Part shown: positions 1 to 12,300 of the stretch, piece by piece | Layout of the letters: every line of letters begins with the position of its first letter | How positions within the stretch are numbered: position 1 is the stretch's first letter | Source: Psilocybe cubensis | Taxonomy: Eukaryota | DNA length: 64,000 nt | Assembly (NCBI GenBank): GCA_017499595.2 | Contig: CM039005.1 | Span: forward strand, 2,542,001 to 2,606,000 | Direction: 5' to 3' | Program-made: the position numbers and the translations under genes | The notes under the pieces: generated by a model | Database searches by the model: none | The model's input: only the letters and a program-made list of their open reading frames with translations | Told to the model about the DNA's origin: nothing

Positions 1-1370
1 AGTGTCCTTGACCGTGTATTTTGTGCAATATAAGGTTTCTGTATTGGCGACTAAGCCTTCTCAGTTCCCAATAGCGGTTCAGAACCTTTTTGGGAAATGA
101 AGATGAGGTAATGCGTCTGAGCTTTTGATAATATTGATAGCCCAAGGTTTTGCATTCAAGGTTGGTAACCCTAAAATCCTCTAGCATGTCCAGTGTAAAC
201 AAGGTTCGGATATTCTGAAAACTAGTAGCAAAAAGACCCATTTCCAGATATTGCAAATCTAAAGGCAGCACGGCAGATTGGCAAGTACAAGTCCAAATGG
301 GTAGATAGTGTACTCCGGATGTATGAATAATAACTTTGAATGGGATACCGTCATTATCTTCTGCCCTTGGATGGGGTTGATCGTGGAAGCTTGTATCAAG
401 TTCTCCATACAAGTTGATATCCTCATTGTCTCCATCATCCAGTTCAAACAGAATTGGGATTTCAGGATCTGCAAAAAGCTGAGATGTGAAAGACTCTTTG
501 TCATTGTTTGCTGGGATTGGACCAATGTCATGAGTATCCGTAACTTTGGCGGCATCACGAGTCCCGCTCCTGTAGTATTCATTGGCGGCATCATGATTCC
601 CGCTCCTGCTATATTCATTGGCAGCAAGTGATGTGCCGCTCCAATAGTTGTTTTTAGCGGCAGATTGAATCCTGTTTCCAATATATCCTTCGGCTCCAAT
701 GCTTGTCCTGTGGGTACTCTTGTTTAAGGGCAATTTTACTGGACACTTCTTTCCATTATGACCAAGATACAACCTAATACCTACTTCCCATAAACCTCCA
801 GGACAAAAGTACTCCCCTGTCCATTTCTCGACTCGGTGAAATGGAACCAGTTGATGGTTTTGTCTCAGACAGTGAGGGCAAACAAGCTGAGATCTGAAAC
901 ATTCAAGGCATCTCTAACATTCCGGGAGTCTTTGGCATTGCTGGCATTGATTATCCCAACGCGGAGAAGGCGCCTCCCAGCCAATGAGTGTCCCGAGGTA
1001 TATTTCTCTTTTTGGAAGCCACTCTCTAAGGTAGTCATTTTGAGACTAAGATAATAATTTGTGAGCAAGAACATCTCAATATATTGACACAGATATACCT
1101 TTTCTCTTGTCCTAACATCCTGTAACTCTCTCAAGTTGTCAATTACCTGCTGGTCTGTCAGATCTTCCGGATAGTGAGGTATGTTTACTTCATCTATATT
1201 GTGTTCAAAGTGTTGTAACATGTTTTGGGCAGGTGGAGGAATAGAAGTGGAAGATTGGCTTGTATCAGGTCTATATTTCCTTGGCCTTCCTCTTTTCCTT
1301 CAAGCCCCAGAAGACCAGCTTGCCTCCTTGGGGCCGTTGCTATCTGATCCATTACCTGGCACAGTATGAA
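1..1370 (-). mobile_element. KDZ (Kyakuja-Dileera-Zisupton) transposase relic, CxC2-type N-terminal region; continues off the left edge
   Basis: Manual minus-strand translation gives RCLECFRSQLVCPHCLRQNHQLVPFHRVEKWTGEYFCPGGLWEVGIRLYLGHNGKKCP (about 735-915) and LEMGLFATSFQNIRTLFTLDMLEDF...YQYYQKLRRIT...NRYWELRRLSRQYRNL (about 1-260), both typical CxC2/KDZ motifs. An in-frame TAG near 916 indicates decay. The upstream boundary is approximate. Confidence 0.8.
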
Positions 1371-1708
1371 AGCCTATGGAAGTGGGAAGCAAAGTGTCTG
1401 AGCACCTGTGAATTTCATTCTAAATACAGTATTCCATTGATAGCTCTTCACCATGTGCATTAAATTTATTTTAGTCTACATAATCTTTTTGAGGGAAAAA
1501 ATAGCTTTCATATGACCTATCTTGCAAGAAATTTGGAGAACTGTAGCCAATTTTATGAACAAGTTTTATTTTAGATGTGCAGAAAATGGTTGTGATCCCA
1601 ACAGAAATGCATAATGTGATCTACATACAATGACCTTTCAAAACCACTCTCCTGAAGTATTTTGGCCATAACTCTCCATGCACATACTCCCTACTCCTCC
1701 GGCATATA

Positions 1709-4277
1709 CACTAGTACCTACCACTTTTTATGATAATACTTGGGCAATTACCCGCACACTTGTTTATATGGTGGGCACCTTTTTATGATATATATCATTA
1801 CTGCCCCAACCTATATCATATTACTGATATCAGTATTCTGCATCATTGCACTTAAAACCTATATCATAAAGACTTTATCATAGCTGCCCTAAGTCTGTAT
1901 CATTACTGTTTGAATCCGTATCATTAATTTTCCAAGCTCTATCATTAATTTTCCAAGCTGTATCATTAATCTTTAGAAGCTATATCATTCTTTTGTGGAT
2001 TACTTAATAAACTAATCTGATGTCATGGGCCCATTTTAGAATTAGGCTTTGGGCTATTATTGATGGACATGACATCATGCTCAATTAAAGTTCTAGGCTT
2101 TTTCCTGTGCCTTGGCCCCTGGGTTTATAAATAGTGCTCATCCTATGCTACTTTTGTGCATTGCTGGCAATGGATTGGGCGCTTTTGGGGGCATTTCTGG
2201 ACCATTTCTCTTGGTGTTTTTTGGTAGACCTATAATTTTAAGGTGTACCAATTCGAATCTGAAATCAGAATTACAATATCTGTACTCATTATTGCGCAAT
2301 TAAGCGTACAATATTTTGGTCAAAAAGCGCACCTTCAATAGCACCCTCCAGTGGTTGGTATGCATTTTTTTGACCATGCCATTATTTTTTATTTATGTCA
2401 AATAGGGTACATGCTAAGTTTTAGCTTAATTGGAGCAGTAGAACCTATTGAACTAGAATGTGCACCCTACCCCTCCTCCTACCCCTTGTATGAATGCCTT
2501 CCTGATCAGATAAATTCAGGCCCAACTCGGGCTGGCTAGGCGCCTATTATGCCAATTTTTAGAGCCTAAAATCTTGGTGCAATTCCAAGATTTAAGGGTA
2601 CTACCCCCTATCCTCTCCAGAATTTGTATATTTTATTATCACACAGGATGGGCTTTCAGACCATTAAAAACATGTAGATCTACTACTAACAGTACATAGA
2701 GTCCAAAATTTATTCTTGAAAGCCCTCTGCAGCAAGGAAACATACTGATTCAAGGGGGGTATGAGGAGTGGTATGGTAGCTTATTGATCAGGCCATATCT
2801 CTACCAATACTTTGTCATAAATCATATTCCTAATGTCTACAGATACCTATAAGTGTCTCCTAAATATCTTTCTCAGTGTCTAAAAAGACCCATCCATTAG
2901 ATGAGATACTGCAGAGAGAATACCATTCTTCATCAAAATGCACAGTATTTTTGCATTTACCATATATAAACATTCAAGATCAGGAAATATAAAAGCAGGA
3001 TAGTATAGCCCCAAAATGCAGCTTTCTAGAACATCAAGGATGTTGTGCATCGGACCAGTGATTGTTGAGATATGGAAAGAAAGGTGTTGAAGAACCCATT
3101 AGAGACCCGGAAGGATATTGGCCTTTATTTATGCTTTGCTTGTGGTCACCTCTTTGGCCTTTTACCTTCTTATTAGCCTCATAACCAAGGTGTTCCCCTT
3201 CATCCTGAATGTTTCAAAGATATGTATTATGTTTGTGGTACTATATAGAGCAGATTTACATATCTATATGTGCTGGGAATAGTCATTCTATCCCATAATA
3301 AAATACACAAGTTCTAGAGGGAGTGGGGGGTAGTACCCTTAAATCTTGAAGTTATACCAATATTTTGGGCTCTAAAAATTGGTATAATGGGCGCCTACCC
3401 TGCCCCAGTTGGGCCTAAATTTATCTAATCAGAAAGGCATTTATACAAGGGGTAGGAGGAGAGATAGGGTGCACATTCTAGTTCAATAGATTCCACTGCT
3501 CCAATTAAGCTGAAACTTGGCAAGTACTCTATCTAATATAAATAAAAAATAATGACATAGTCAGAAGGGTGCATACCAACCCCTGGAGGGTGCTATTCAA
3601 GGTACGCCTTTTGACCAAAACCTCGTACGCTTAATTGCACAATAATGAGTAAAGATATTGCAATTCTGATTTCAGATTCGGATTGCGACACCTTAAAACT
3701 ATAGGTCTACCAAAAAAAACCAAGGAAAACGGTCCAGAAATGCCCCCAAAAGCGCCCAATCCATTGCCAGCAATGCACAAAAGTAGCATAGGATGAGCAC
3801 TATTTATAAACCCAGGGGCCGAGGCAAAGGAAAAAGCCCAGGACCCTAATTGAGCATGATGTCATGTTTATCAATGATGGTCCAAAGCCTAATTCTAATC
3901 AGATCAATGACATCAAGATCATTTCATTAAGTAATCTAGAAAGAATGATGCAGCCATTAAGTAATCTAAAAAAGAATGATGTAGCTCTTGGACAATTAAT
4001 GATGCAGCTCCGGAAATTAATGATATAGCTTTAAAATCAATGATACAAGCTTTGGGCAGCTATGATACAGATTTGGGTGGCTATGATATAAACTTTGGGC
4101 AGCTATGATACAGATTTAGGCGGCTATGATACAGATTTGGGCAGCTATGATACAGATTTATGATACAGCTTGGCCTATAATGATATATATTTTGCATCTA
4201 AAAAAGGTGGGCACCATATAAACAGGTGTGCAGGGCAAGTGCTCAAGTTATATTAAATAAAGTGGTAGGTACTAGTG
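1709..4277. mobile_element. Foldback-like non-autonomous DNA element with about 0.9-kb diverged inverted arms and CACTAG...CTAGTG termini
   Basis: cactagtacctaccact at 1709 is the reverse complement of agtggtaggtactagtg ending at 4277. Arms 1709-~2640 and ~3290-4277 align in inverted orientation (e.g. 2110-2280 vs 3660-3830). No credible ORF. Flanks are ata/aga, so there is no perfect TSD. Confidence 0.8.
4040..4170. repeat. Subterminal tandem repeat of about 20 bp (gctatgatacagatttgggca-like); diverged inverted counterpart at about 1790-1990
   Basis: Five to six consecutive gctatgatac/tatgatat units are directly visible. Confidence 0.85.
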
Positions 4278-4870
4278 AGAAAACCACTTCTTGGCGGATT
4301 CACCTCTACCTACATCAACTAAATAGGCAGTAGATTACAATGCTATGTAAACCAATACAATAAATTTTTGGTCTTACAAATCCACCCAATTTTTGGGGCC
4401 CGGTTTACATTGTCAAGCAATATCTTTATTAACTTTACAATATCCAAACAATTATTTGTTTTATCCTGCAAATTCAAGTAAGAATTTTTGTATGTTTATA
4501 ACAAGTCCGGTTGACCGGCCATTACATAACTGGTCGATATAGGGGCCGTATGTCTTGGCCCGGCGCGTGTGTTAAATATAATATATGATTGCTCATTTGA
4601 AGTTTCACACACGGTAAGCGTTGTATTTCCATATGTATACATAAAATAAATACGCTAATCCATTAAAAACTCGTCAATATCAAGCTCATCGTCGACGACA
4701 ATGACCAAAATGGGTGTGGCAAAGCGCGCCGCAGTCGTCAACGATGGCAGCGTGCTTTTTTTTTTCAACACTACCACCACAACCACCACAACCAAAACCC
4801 GCCACAGTACGCCAGCAACTCGTCACCACCATCATATAACAGCATCAGCAGAGTTAACAGAAGAGTACAT

Positions 4871-5262
4871 ATGGATGAGCAAGGTGAGTCTTCAATATTC
4901 AAAGTAAGTACTCACTGTTAATTTTTTTTGCACTCCCAGGAGTACAATTTGGCCTCGTGATTGATCACGACGGCCTCAGGCTCAACGTCACCGTTGATGG
5001 CCACAACGGGCATACCAAAATTGGTGTCAATGTTGATACCGACAACAAGATTGAGATAGTGTTCAGCGTCGACAAGCCAGCGACCGGGCGAGTCCATACC
5101 AACCCTGTCGCTTCAACCAACGGCCAAATTCGAGAGGGGCAGGAAGCTGGGCAGCCGGTTGTTGCTGTTGAGAATCGTATCAAGGCATCAAGGACCATTG
5201 AAGCCAGGGACGTCGAGATACGCAATGGGGAGGGGGATGATCAGGACATTGAGATGGAGTAA
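4871..5262 (+). CDS. Small hypothetical protein (about 111 aa, 2 exons)
   Basis: ATG at 4871 and intron 4884-4939 (GTGAGT...CTCAC...CAG) splice in frame into ORF 4957-5262: MDEQGVQFGLVIDHDGLRLNVTVDG... Confidence 0.5.
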
Positions 5263-5839
5263 AAGGTCCATGGTACAACAATGAAATATCAATTTATTTT
5301 TGCAAATCTACTCTTGAGAATACAACCAACGTTTAAACAGACTGGGGAGAGCCATTATAACCCCGCGTGTCCTCCTTTGATATGTCTTGTACACTCTGCC
5401 AGGCCTTCAACGGACTCTTTGCACCTTTCACAGCATCCAAACACGGCGCACCTTCTGGGTCCTAGCTGGTGCTCACCAAGAATGGCCAGTATGTGCACAG
5501 TCAACATCGACGCGTCTCAAAAATGATGGGTTGTAAAAGGCGTGAGGTCGATGGGTAACCGGCTAGAACAGGTGAGTGGTGATATATTGCGAGGCACGCT
5601 GTAGCAGGTGTTGACGGGATGTAGCCAATGGACGTGATCATTCCCTCCCCAAAATAACACATCCCTCTTCCAAAACGACACAATCCTTCGAGTTGCGGGT
5701 ACATTTCCGTCAATTTGCATCCAGCGCGCTGGGCCGTGAAGGAAAAGGGTGTTGGTGACATAGTCTGGTTGCAGAAGAGACGCCGCATTGCAGACAGTTG
5801 CGTTGCCATGGTGCGCATCAAGCGCATTCCCGGATGCGC

Positions 5840-5930
5840 ATCAAACGCGTGGACGTGCGCATGCACATCAAATGCATGGACGCGCGCATGCACATCAAAT
5901 GCGTGGACGCGCGCATGCGCGTTTGATGCG
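5840..5930. repeat. 27-bp tandem repeat, about 3 copies (HARVHAFDV on the minus-strand ORF 5501-6136)
   Basis: Repeated gcgtggacgcgcgcatgcacatcaaat units. Confidence 0.8.
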
Positions 5931-8926
5931 TATACGTTCCCACTCCCCATATATTCATGAGAAGGCGACAAAGACATGACGCCAAACTCTGAATAGTGAG
6001 GATGTGGGGGTGGGGACACATATGAGCTTGTCCTGTAGTTCTGGTTCTGGGTTGAAGGAGGCGGAAACTGTGATTGAGGGCGTGGGTACGCGTATGGGTG
6101 TAGATATTGTTGTAGAGTATGCGGATGTGAATGCAATGGAATGTGGTGACTTGAGTGCGAGTTTGGTTGAGATTATGAATGCGAATATAGGCAAGTTACA
6201 ATAAAATTTTAGTTAAATATCAATACACTTCCTTACCAAATCACGTGAAAATCAAGAAAAGGTACATGTATTACTTGCCAAGACAAGGATACATCTAAAA
6301 AGGTGTTAGTAGAGGTACAAGAAAATTTACAACAGACTTACATAAAGCTATAGTTAGTATTCAGTGAACCCAAGTTCATCGAGGTTACCTCGGTCCTTAT
6401 CCTCATCGCTCTCCTCCTCCTCCTCCTCTTCAGAATTGGTATGCTGGTTGCTGTTGTCTTCATTGTCATCAGAATTGGCGCTGTTTTCAGGTGCCACTTC
6501 AGCCTGGTCCTAAGTGTCGTGCTCCTAGTCTGAGGCCCCATCTGGTTCCAGATCAGGATCAGGTGCTTCATGTGCCTCGCGGCGCTTTTTGCGAGAGGCA
6601 ATGTCATCTGCACGTCAGTCTTGCCTAAGAGAATCGGTAGCGGCTCGCGTGCTAGCATGGGCAACTCCACCCCCTCTGTACAGCATGACCATGTCGCGAT
6701 CCACAAAACTGTAAAAAATTAGTAAAGGGTAAGAAGTGACTAAATGTACTCACAAATTGACATAATATCTCTCCCATTCTTCCCCTTCATTATTTTCTTT
6801 GCTTCTATAAGCTACAGATGGGCCGAGAGTTGGTATTTTTCCAAGATTAAAGTGAGGGATCAAATGGGTTGCACAAATTACGAGGAATGGGTCCACAAAA
6901 CCAAATGACGCAGAGTCATTGATATCACCAAACGCCAACTGTGGAAGCCTTCTATATTTCCAACCGTAATGGCAATCTTCACAATCACCAAGCCATCAGA
7001 CATGAAGAAAATCCACTTTGTGCTTGGAGGCACGGTAGTAATCATCAGGAGTAGATATTACCACATTGGCGTGGTAGATTCCAATGATACGGGCATACTA
7101 ATAAGGATGAACCTGCTGATCTGCATCTTTGTTGCTAGCAAGTACCATGATGTCACATTGGGAAGAGTTTGGCTTCAAGGTATCTTGTATTTGACGCATA
7201 TCATATGAGGTATAGTTGATGCGTAAAACCTGATGTTCGTAAATTTGGTCACCGAGTATAGTGATTTGGAGTCACTCATGGGTACCAATACTATCACTGA
7301 ATTTGTTTGCCCCTGTTAAGCAGGCATAAAAGTGAGTTTTGAGACAAAGCATAAAGCCCTAAATATGACATTGAGTATATAAAAACAAGCAAAACATTCA
7401 GCTTACCCTTGTTGCCGGATCGTTTTGGTTTTGTGACATCCAGAGTAGTATTTCTAACTTTTGACGCACATCTGATGAGATGTGATAATGTAAATCAGGA
7501 GGAGTGGGCTCCAGTAACTCCCTGTCCTCACGCAGCAGCTTGCGCATCTCGACACGGTTAGTGCGGTGTACCACACGTTCTTGATAGATGTGTTTGGCAA
7601 TACCTCGAATATGATCACCTTTCTTGACCCGTTTGTAGAAGAGTTTCGCTCTCTTGTGCTCGCTTTTGCCCATCTGAGTGCTTATGCCGTTGGTAGTGCC
7701 AAATTGGCGAATAGAATTGACGTAATCGGGAAGGGAATGCAATTTGTACGTTTGCATATTGAACGTGCGGGTCTTGGGTTCATTGGATTGAGTCGGAGGT
7801 ACTGGCAGACCCGCACTTGCTGCCTTTTTGGCCTTGGCTGCCTGTCTTCTTCCTCTCGCGGCTGTTTCTGATGGAAGCTTGCGAGTGGCGTACTGACTAC
7901 AAACCTCCTTTTAGAACTGACGAAGGAGATCACATAACTGAGTACACAAATTCCCCAACTTGTCCAGAGTGGTATCGGTGTGAAGTCGAAGCTTGGCTAG
8001 GGCGTGCCATGTCGCCATTTCAAACAAGAGGTTTTGAATAATTTTATTGTGTGCAGGTTCTGGCAACAAGCCCTCAAAGACTGGTATAGAGCACTATTAT
8101 GGAATCATTAATAATTAAAATCAAACATCACATGCAATTGAGGCCTACCTGAAGGAGATCTTCAAAATCCCATGCTGCCAGTTTCTTCATATCTGAAGCA
8201 TTCCTAGCAAAACGTCGGATAGTTGTGAGGCCAAAAGGGGAGACTTGGCGGTATCTAAATCTATAGTTAGTTTGAGTAAGAATCGAGATATCACGACAAT
8301 ACCTTTTGTTCAGAGTTGCAATGGCGTTCTGGTTGCTAGAGGTATAAAGAATCCGGAGTAGGTAACTAAATAGGGCCTTCCAGACACCCAGTTCCACTTC
8401 GTGCATGAAGTCAACAGTAAACATCCGATAAAAGTTGAAGCCATATTCAAATAAAGCCTTGGAAAAAGTGTTCTATGTAATATTCTTAGACAAAATATAT
8501 AGATATGAGGAAATAAAAATATACCCGAGTTGGAAAAGCAGAGGTCTGTTGCAGCAAGCCATTAACCACCTTGCTGTTAACCTTTTTCCCCAAGAACAAT
8601 GCTTTACGGGCAGTTTTGATGTCAAATTGACGAGTTTTGCTGTCAACGCGAGCTAACTTGAGCCGGTTTTGCATATCCATCTTTGATCCAACCTTTGGGA
8701 CATTCATAGTCTGAATTAAACAACGTGGACACAAGCAAGTGCCACGACACTTGCAGCAGGACTGCAGGATTCTGCTTGTACATTAGTTATCAATCGAAAT
8801 AGCGAGTAGAAGTAGTCATTTGAACTAAAAATAAAACGGAAATACATAGCTTGACATACTCTGGCGGCCAGTTCTACGGCCTCTCCTTCAGCATATGCTC
8901 GTTTGACATCCTCATCAAGTAATAGC

Positions 8927-9217
8927 TGTTAAAGATGTTAAGTAGCTTTCGCCATTCTTATGGCGTATCATTAGCTATCACGTGTTCTCATTCTGCACCC
9001 TGTTATCTTCTAAATCTTTCCATCTTCGCACCTCAGTCCGTTATATATACGCAAACGGCTGAGGTACGTTCATCTTGTTTGTTCTATGTTATTTACAATG
9101 TTTTCTGATACCTATGTAGACGCATACTTGCGTGTATTATAGGTACTGTTAAATTCTAGTCCGTTATATATACGCAAACGGCTGAGACGCATACTTGCGT
9201 GTATTATAGATTTATCA
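8927..9217 (+). repeat. Copia-1 5' LTR (291 bp) with internal A-intron-B / AB duplication
   Basis: Direct repeat of 14020-14310. A = agtccgttatatatacgcaaacggctgag (9035-9063, 9158-9186). B = acgcatacttgcgtgtattatag (9120-9142, 9187-9209). Confidence 0.97.
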
Positions 9218-9230
9218 GGTTATGGGCCCC
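9218..9230 (+). other. Primer-binding site of the half-tRNA-iMet type (Drosophila copia/Ty5, Hemivirus-like)
   Basis: GGTTATGGGCCC lies immediately 3' of the LTR and is complementary to the tRNA-iMet anticodon arm rather than the CCA end. Confidence 0.9.
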
Positions 9231-9377
9231 GCTTGCGCGATCTAACCCCACTCAAAAGAATCTACGGACTCAGAAGCTCTCATATCAGCTTCCTCAACCC
9301 CATAGGCAGCCGGATCCCACGCGATCTACGCAGATCTCCACATTGATCAATTCACGCCATAGCACCACCAAGCAAAC

Positions 9378-12300
9378 ATGTTGTCCAAAGACGTCACCGC
9401 TTGCCCCGTTCTTGAGAACGCGAAAGACTTTCAGATATGGCAAATACGCATTATCGGAAAGCTAAAAAGGGAAAAGGTTTATGATGTTATCACCAATCCT
9501 CGAGTGGATTCCTCATCCATCACAAATCCCAGCATCTATCCCTCTACTACATTCCTTGCTACTCATGTTGATTCATGGGAAGTTAGAGACGGAAAAGCAC
9601 ACGGCATTATCACAGATCACATTTCCGATCGCCTTGCTCTTGCTACCCAAAACGAGCGCACCGCAGCTGAGCTGTATGCCAAACTAGTGGATCTCCATCA
9701 AAACCAGAACGTTGGCGCCAGCGCATTTTACATGTTCATCAGTATGCTAGAGAGAAGTGGGACGGCGATCCAGAGACCGTTCAAGACCATATCTCCTCCC
9801 TCGCTGCCGGAGACTCAAAACTTGTGGCCATGAAAAAACCAATCGACTCCGAATTCCTTGGTTTCCTTCTTCTCCACTCTCTTCCTGACGACCCTGTCTG
9901 GGAAATGTTCAAAACTTCCATCCTGAACGCCATGCCTAAAGACTCAAAGATCACCTTTTCTGATATCGCTGACCGGCTTGTATTCAACGCCATGCGGCAG
10001 CAAGGCACTGAATCAGCTATGAAAGCAAAGGCCATGACGTCGAAGGGAAAGGTGTCAAAGCACAAACCAAATGCGCCAAAGACTGAGCGCTTCTGCTCCT
10101 TCCACAAGTCTAACAGTCACAACACTGAAGACTGTAACGCATTGAAGAAAAGGGGCAAGCACAAAACAAAACCAAAGGAGCGGGGAAAGGATTCAGCGAA
10201 CCGCAGCAGTCACGATTCAAGTGATTCATCATCATCTGAATCTGACTCTGGGTCCGACACCAAAAGCGCACATTTTTCAGTTAATACATCTCATGTAAAA
10301 GTTTCAAAGTCTTTAATGTCACGCGTTCAAGCCTACTGCACCTCCACTAAGAAAACAAAAACTCTCCAAACAGTAGTTTTAGACTCTGGTGCCTCAACAC
10401 ACATGACGCCTCGGAGAGACTGGTTTGTGCCAAATGCCTTCAAAACCTTAAATCCCCCAAGACTCGTACGATTTGGCGATGAGTCAGGAGTGCCAGCAAC
10501 AGGCATAGGAAATGTCATTCTGCATCAAACCATCAATGGAAAGGAAGTTGAAGTAACTGTCCGGAATGTACTTTATGTTCCAGCTTTCACACTCACACTC
10601 CTTTCCGTTCGACGTTTCAACAAAGCCGGGTTCTACTCAACCTTTAAGGGAGAAGACTGCACTGTCAAATCAATTGTGACAAAGCGCAAAATATTAAAAG
10701 GGAGAATTAGGAAAGGCCTTTACCGAATTGATTGCAAAGTTGAACCTCACAAACATATGACTCCAAGGTCGGACGCAAATGACAGAAGAAACGAGTCTGC
10801 GCATACAACAATTGACATAAACGTTCTGCACCGCCGGATGGGTCACGTTGCAATCCCTTGACTAAAGAAGATGGTTGATGACGGACACATATCTGGCATA
10901 AACAAAACAACCGGGAAGGCAAAGTTTTGTGAACCATGTGCAATGGGAAAGATGAAAAAGCTGCCATTCACTCACGAGGGGCACCGAGCAACTCGCCCAC
11001 TCCAGATCATTCACTCGGATGTTGGCGGCCCTGTTCTACTACAGGACAGGCACGGGCACAGATATTGGATCACCTTCATTGATGATTTCAAGCGAATGCC
11101 CTGGGTTTACTTCATGAAAAAGAAATCAGAGGCGATCGAAATCTTCAAACGATGGAAATCAGAAGTACGAGCCTTATTCAAAGTTGACATCGAGGAGATC
11201 CATATCTCCAAAAACTTTCTAAGTTTCTTCCAAAGTGACGGAGGCGGCGAGTACACTTCAAAGCAGTTTGAGAAGGAACTCAAAAGCAGCGGAACTGTCC
11301 ATCTTACAACTGCCGCAGACACGCCTGAGCAAAACGGCCTAGCTGAAAGGATGAATCAGACTTTAGTGACACTCTCCACAACAATGCTTGCAGACTCAAA
11401 CCTTGCAAAATCATACTGGTCCGACGCAATGGCCACAGCGGCTTTCATGATGGCAAGACTCCCAGGCCCTGACCAAGGCGGAGAATCCCTATTCAAGGGG
11501 CTATTCAAACTGGACGTTGATGTATCGTGGTTTCGACCATTTGGAAGTACTGGCTATGCACTCATACCAAAAGAAATGCGAACCGGGAAGTTTTCTTCTA
11601 AAGCTCGCAAATGCATCTTGCTCGGATATACAAGTGGAAAGAAAGCATACCGATTACTAGACCCAAAAACCAAAGCTGTCTTCCATAGTCGGCATGTCAA
11701 GTTTGACGAATCAAACAGCAAGACCTCCCGCACTGTTGAGCTTTGTGACGTTCAAGGCGAGTCAGACCCCATCCAATGGGGATCAGAGTCAATTGATGGA
11801 TACTTCCACCCACTCTCAAAGCCAGGAAATAGAAAAGGCAAAGACAGTAGAAGCTTGTCAGACGGTGAATCGGATGACGACACACCATTTGATAACTCAC
11901 CAAACACACATCACAATGCCGAATTCACTCCAACCAAATCATCTCAAACGCCCCCACGCACCTCTCAGTCGACTTCGAGTACACCCCCTCGAAAGACAGA
12001 GAATGCTAACCCGCCAGCGGCTCCAAAGAAACGTTTGAAAAAAATCTGGGTGCCTGATCCAAGCTCTGTGGCAGTCAGCCGACCACGAAGAACTGGGACA
12101 GGAAGTCAAAATCGTTTCTCAGTACTTGAAAACAATGACGACTCACCTGAAGACAAGTCAAGCAGCCAGCGTCAAGATAGTGGGAGTGCTGCACTCCCAA
12201 GCAACAATCCTAATCGCCAAGTGAGTGGGAGCAGTTCAAACACGTGAGATGCAAGCCGTACAAATGAAGGCACCGGGGAAAACATGTCAACGCCACAGCC

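Noticed and set aside
1706-4280. Calling the first foldback a CACTA/EnSpm element
   Set aside because: The ends read CACTA, but the flanks (ata vs aga) are not a perfect TSD and no CACTA transposase is present.
5501-6136. 211-aa minus-strand ORF as a confident gene
   Set aside because: It has a non-ATG start, low complexity and no recognisable domain; it may be a Plavaka-associated fragment but this is unsupported.
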